A stretch of 64,000 nucleotides of DNA, taken from the IMG/VR virus record IMGVR_UViG_3300031998_000005; one strand, 5' to 3'. Under the pieces are notes generated by a model, which was not told where the DNA came from, did no database searches, and saw only the letters and a program-made list of their open reading frames with translations. Shown piece by piece: positions 63,037 through 64,000 of the stretch. This DNA is from a virus (taxonomy: Duplodnaviria; Caudoviricetes). How positions within the stretch are numbered: position 1 is the stretch's first letter; every line of letters begins with the position of its first letter. The position numbers and the translations under genes are program-made.

Positions 63037-63591
63037 TTAGTCCTTCAACAAGCCCGTAGGAGCGTCCACGGGAGCATTTTCAAATTTCAAGTAGCCATAG
63101 TCCTTTTCTTCATAACCGAGCCACGACAGGAAGATACGGGTCGGGAAACTCTTGACATATCGCTTGTAATCCTTAACCGTCGCATTGTAGTAAGTGCGGT
63201 GGCTATCAATGCGATTCTCGGTCATCGCAAGTTCGCTCATATATCTGTCATAGTTTTCAATGCTACGCAACTGCGGGTATCTCTCCACGACACCCTTCAA
63301 GTAAAGGGAAGCATTTACGTTGCCATCGCCTTCCTTTGGGGTTCGGGCTGCGGACAACTGCACAAGCACCTCGGCTTCGTGCTTGTCATAGGACTTTACC
63401 GCTTCGGCAAGGTTCACGAGAAGACCCGCCCTGCGGTTGTATTCGGAGTTAAGGTCGCTCTCGGCACTCTCCACAAGTTGTTCCTTTGCGATAGCGGAGT
63501 TCTGCGAACTCTGCACACCGAACACACAGGCGAGAGCCATCACGCCACAGGCGATAAGAATGGCGACTACGATAAACAGTGCTTTTTTCAT
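63037..63591 (-). CDS. lemA: LemA family protein
   Basis: N-terminal TM; RR..L..NL...VK.Y..HE, VERYPQL, ENRI...R..YN..V..Y....FP. Confidence 0.85.
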   Translation of the reverse strand: MKKALFIVVAILIACGVMALACVFGVQSSQNSAIAKEQLVESAESDLNSEYNRRAGLLVNLAEAVKSYDKHEAEVLVQLSAARTPKEGDGNVNASLYLKGVVERYPQLRSIENYDRYMSELAMTENRIDSHRTYYNATVKDYKRYVKSFPTRIFLSWLGYEEKDYGYLKFENAPVDAPTGLLKD

Positions 63592-63616
63592 TGTTTGTTT
63601 TCCTTTTGGTTAGTGG

Positions 63617-64000
63617 TTATTTGATTTTTTGTTTAGGTTCTTTGCAGGGAATCGGGCAATACAGGCATCCCTTATTCTTGCGGTAAAAACAACACAAGGT
63701 CGGGAACATCACGGACGGAGGGGCACCCTTAAAGCAAGTATGGAATAGGTCAATGTGTTCATCAAGCGTGAGCCTAATCTTGTCATTGAGCATATCCCGA
63801 ACAGCCACATCCAAGTTATCCACCGAACCCTCGTTAGTAATGATGATGTCCTTGTCAGTAATCGGGCTGTCATATTGCAGGGCATCCCTTTCCTTGATTT
63901 GTTCTTCGGTCAGCCCGCTACGCTTCTTGACACGGGCGATACGCACATCTTCATCGCACTGCACGACAATCTTTCCCACGTAGTCATCCAACTGCGAGAA
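63617..64000 (-). CDS. coaE: dephospho-CoA kinase-like, 5' partial
   Basis: IVVQCDEDVRIARVKKRSGLTEEQIKERDALQ..DIIITNEGS matches the CoaE C-half; frame open to window edge, P-loop not visible. Confidence 0.6.
   Translation of the reverse strand, partial: FSQLDDYVGKIVVQCDEDVRIARVKKRSGLTEEQIKERDALQYDSPITDKDIIITNEGSVDNLDVAVRDMLNDKIRLTLDEHIDLFHTCFKGAPPSVMFPTLCCFYRKNKGCLYCPIPCKEPKQKIK

Noticed and set aside
62206-63624. 472-aa + strand ORF and similar long antisense ORFs (e.g. 56149-57156, 44594-45385, 7785-8672)
   Set aside because: Antisense shadows of well-supported genes on the opposite strand.
1-64000. Stop-codon reassignment (TAG or TGA recoding)
   Set aside because: TAG, TGA and TAA all end genes right before the next start, and coding density is high under code 11.

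Overview
A 64-kb segment of a large lytic dsDNA phage, standard genetic code, with no structural or replication core genes. A Fibrobacter-succinogenes-major-domain gene hints at a Fibrobacterota/Bacteroidota host. Genes on + (1-28.2 kb) and on - (29.1-64 kb) converge on a non-coding zone rich in hairpins and candidate small RNAs at ~28.2-30.4 kb. Both arms are driven by 16 near-identical sigma70-type promoters, 15 of which share a 5'-UTR motif. Most of the >130 ORFs are small hypotheticals. Recognisable products: six tRNAs, a PseT-type 3'-phosphatase, CoaD, CoaE (partial), an amino-DNA methyltransferase, a GNAT, LemA, DUF2958 and a tandem Zn-ribbon mini-protein array. Top finding: the tRNA operon (Phe, Glu, Ala, Asn, Tyr, Ser-GCT) is preceded by an unannotated 27-codon leader peptide. 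Its 21 consecutive central codons encode only those six amino acids, and it is coupled to mutually exclusive protector, antiterminator and terminator helices. This looks like a ribosome-stalling attenuator that would switch on phage tRNAs when the corresponding host tRNAs become limiting. Other notable signals: avoidance of 4-bp palindromes that has altered conserved tRNA motifs, a protein family with shared tags resembling capsid-targeting/protease signals, an sRNA with an anti-Shine-Dalgarno loop, and twin covarying 22-bp palindromes. All calls are by eye; no searches were run.
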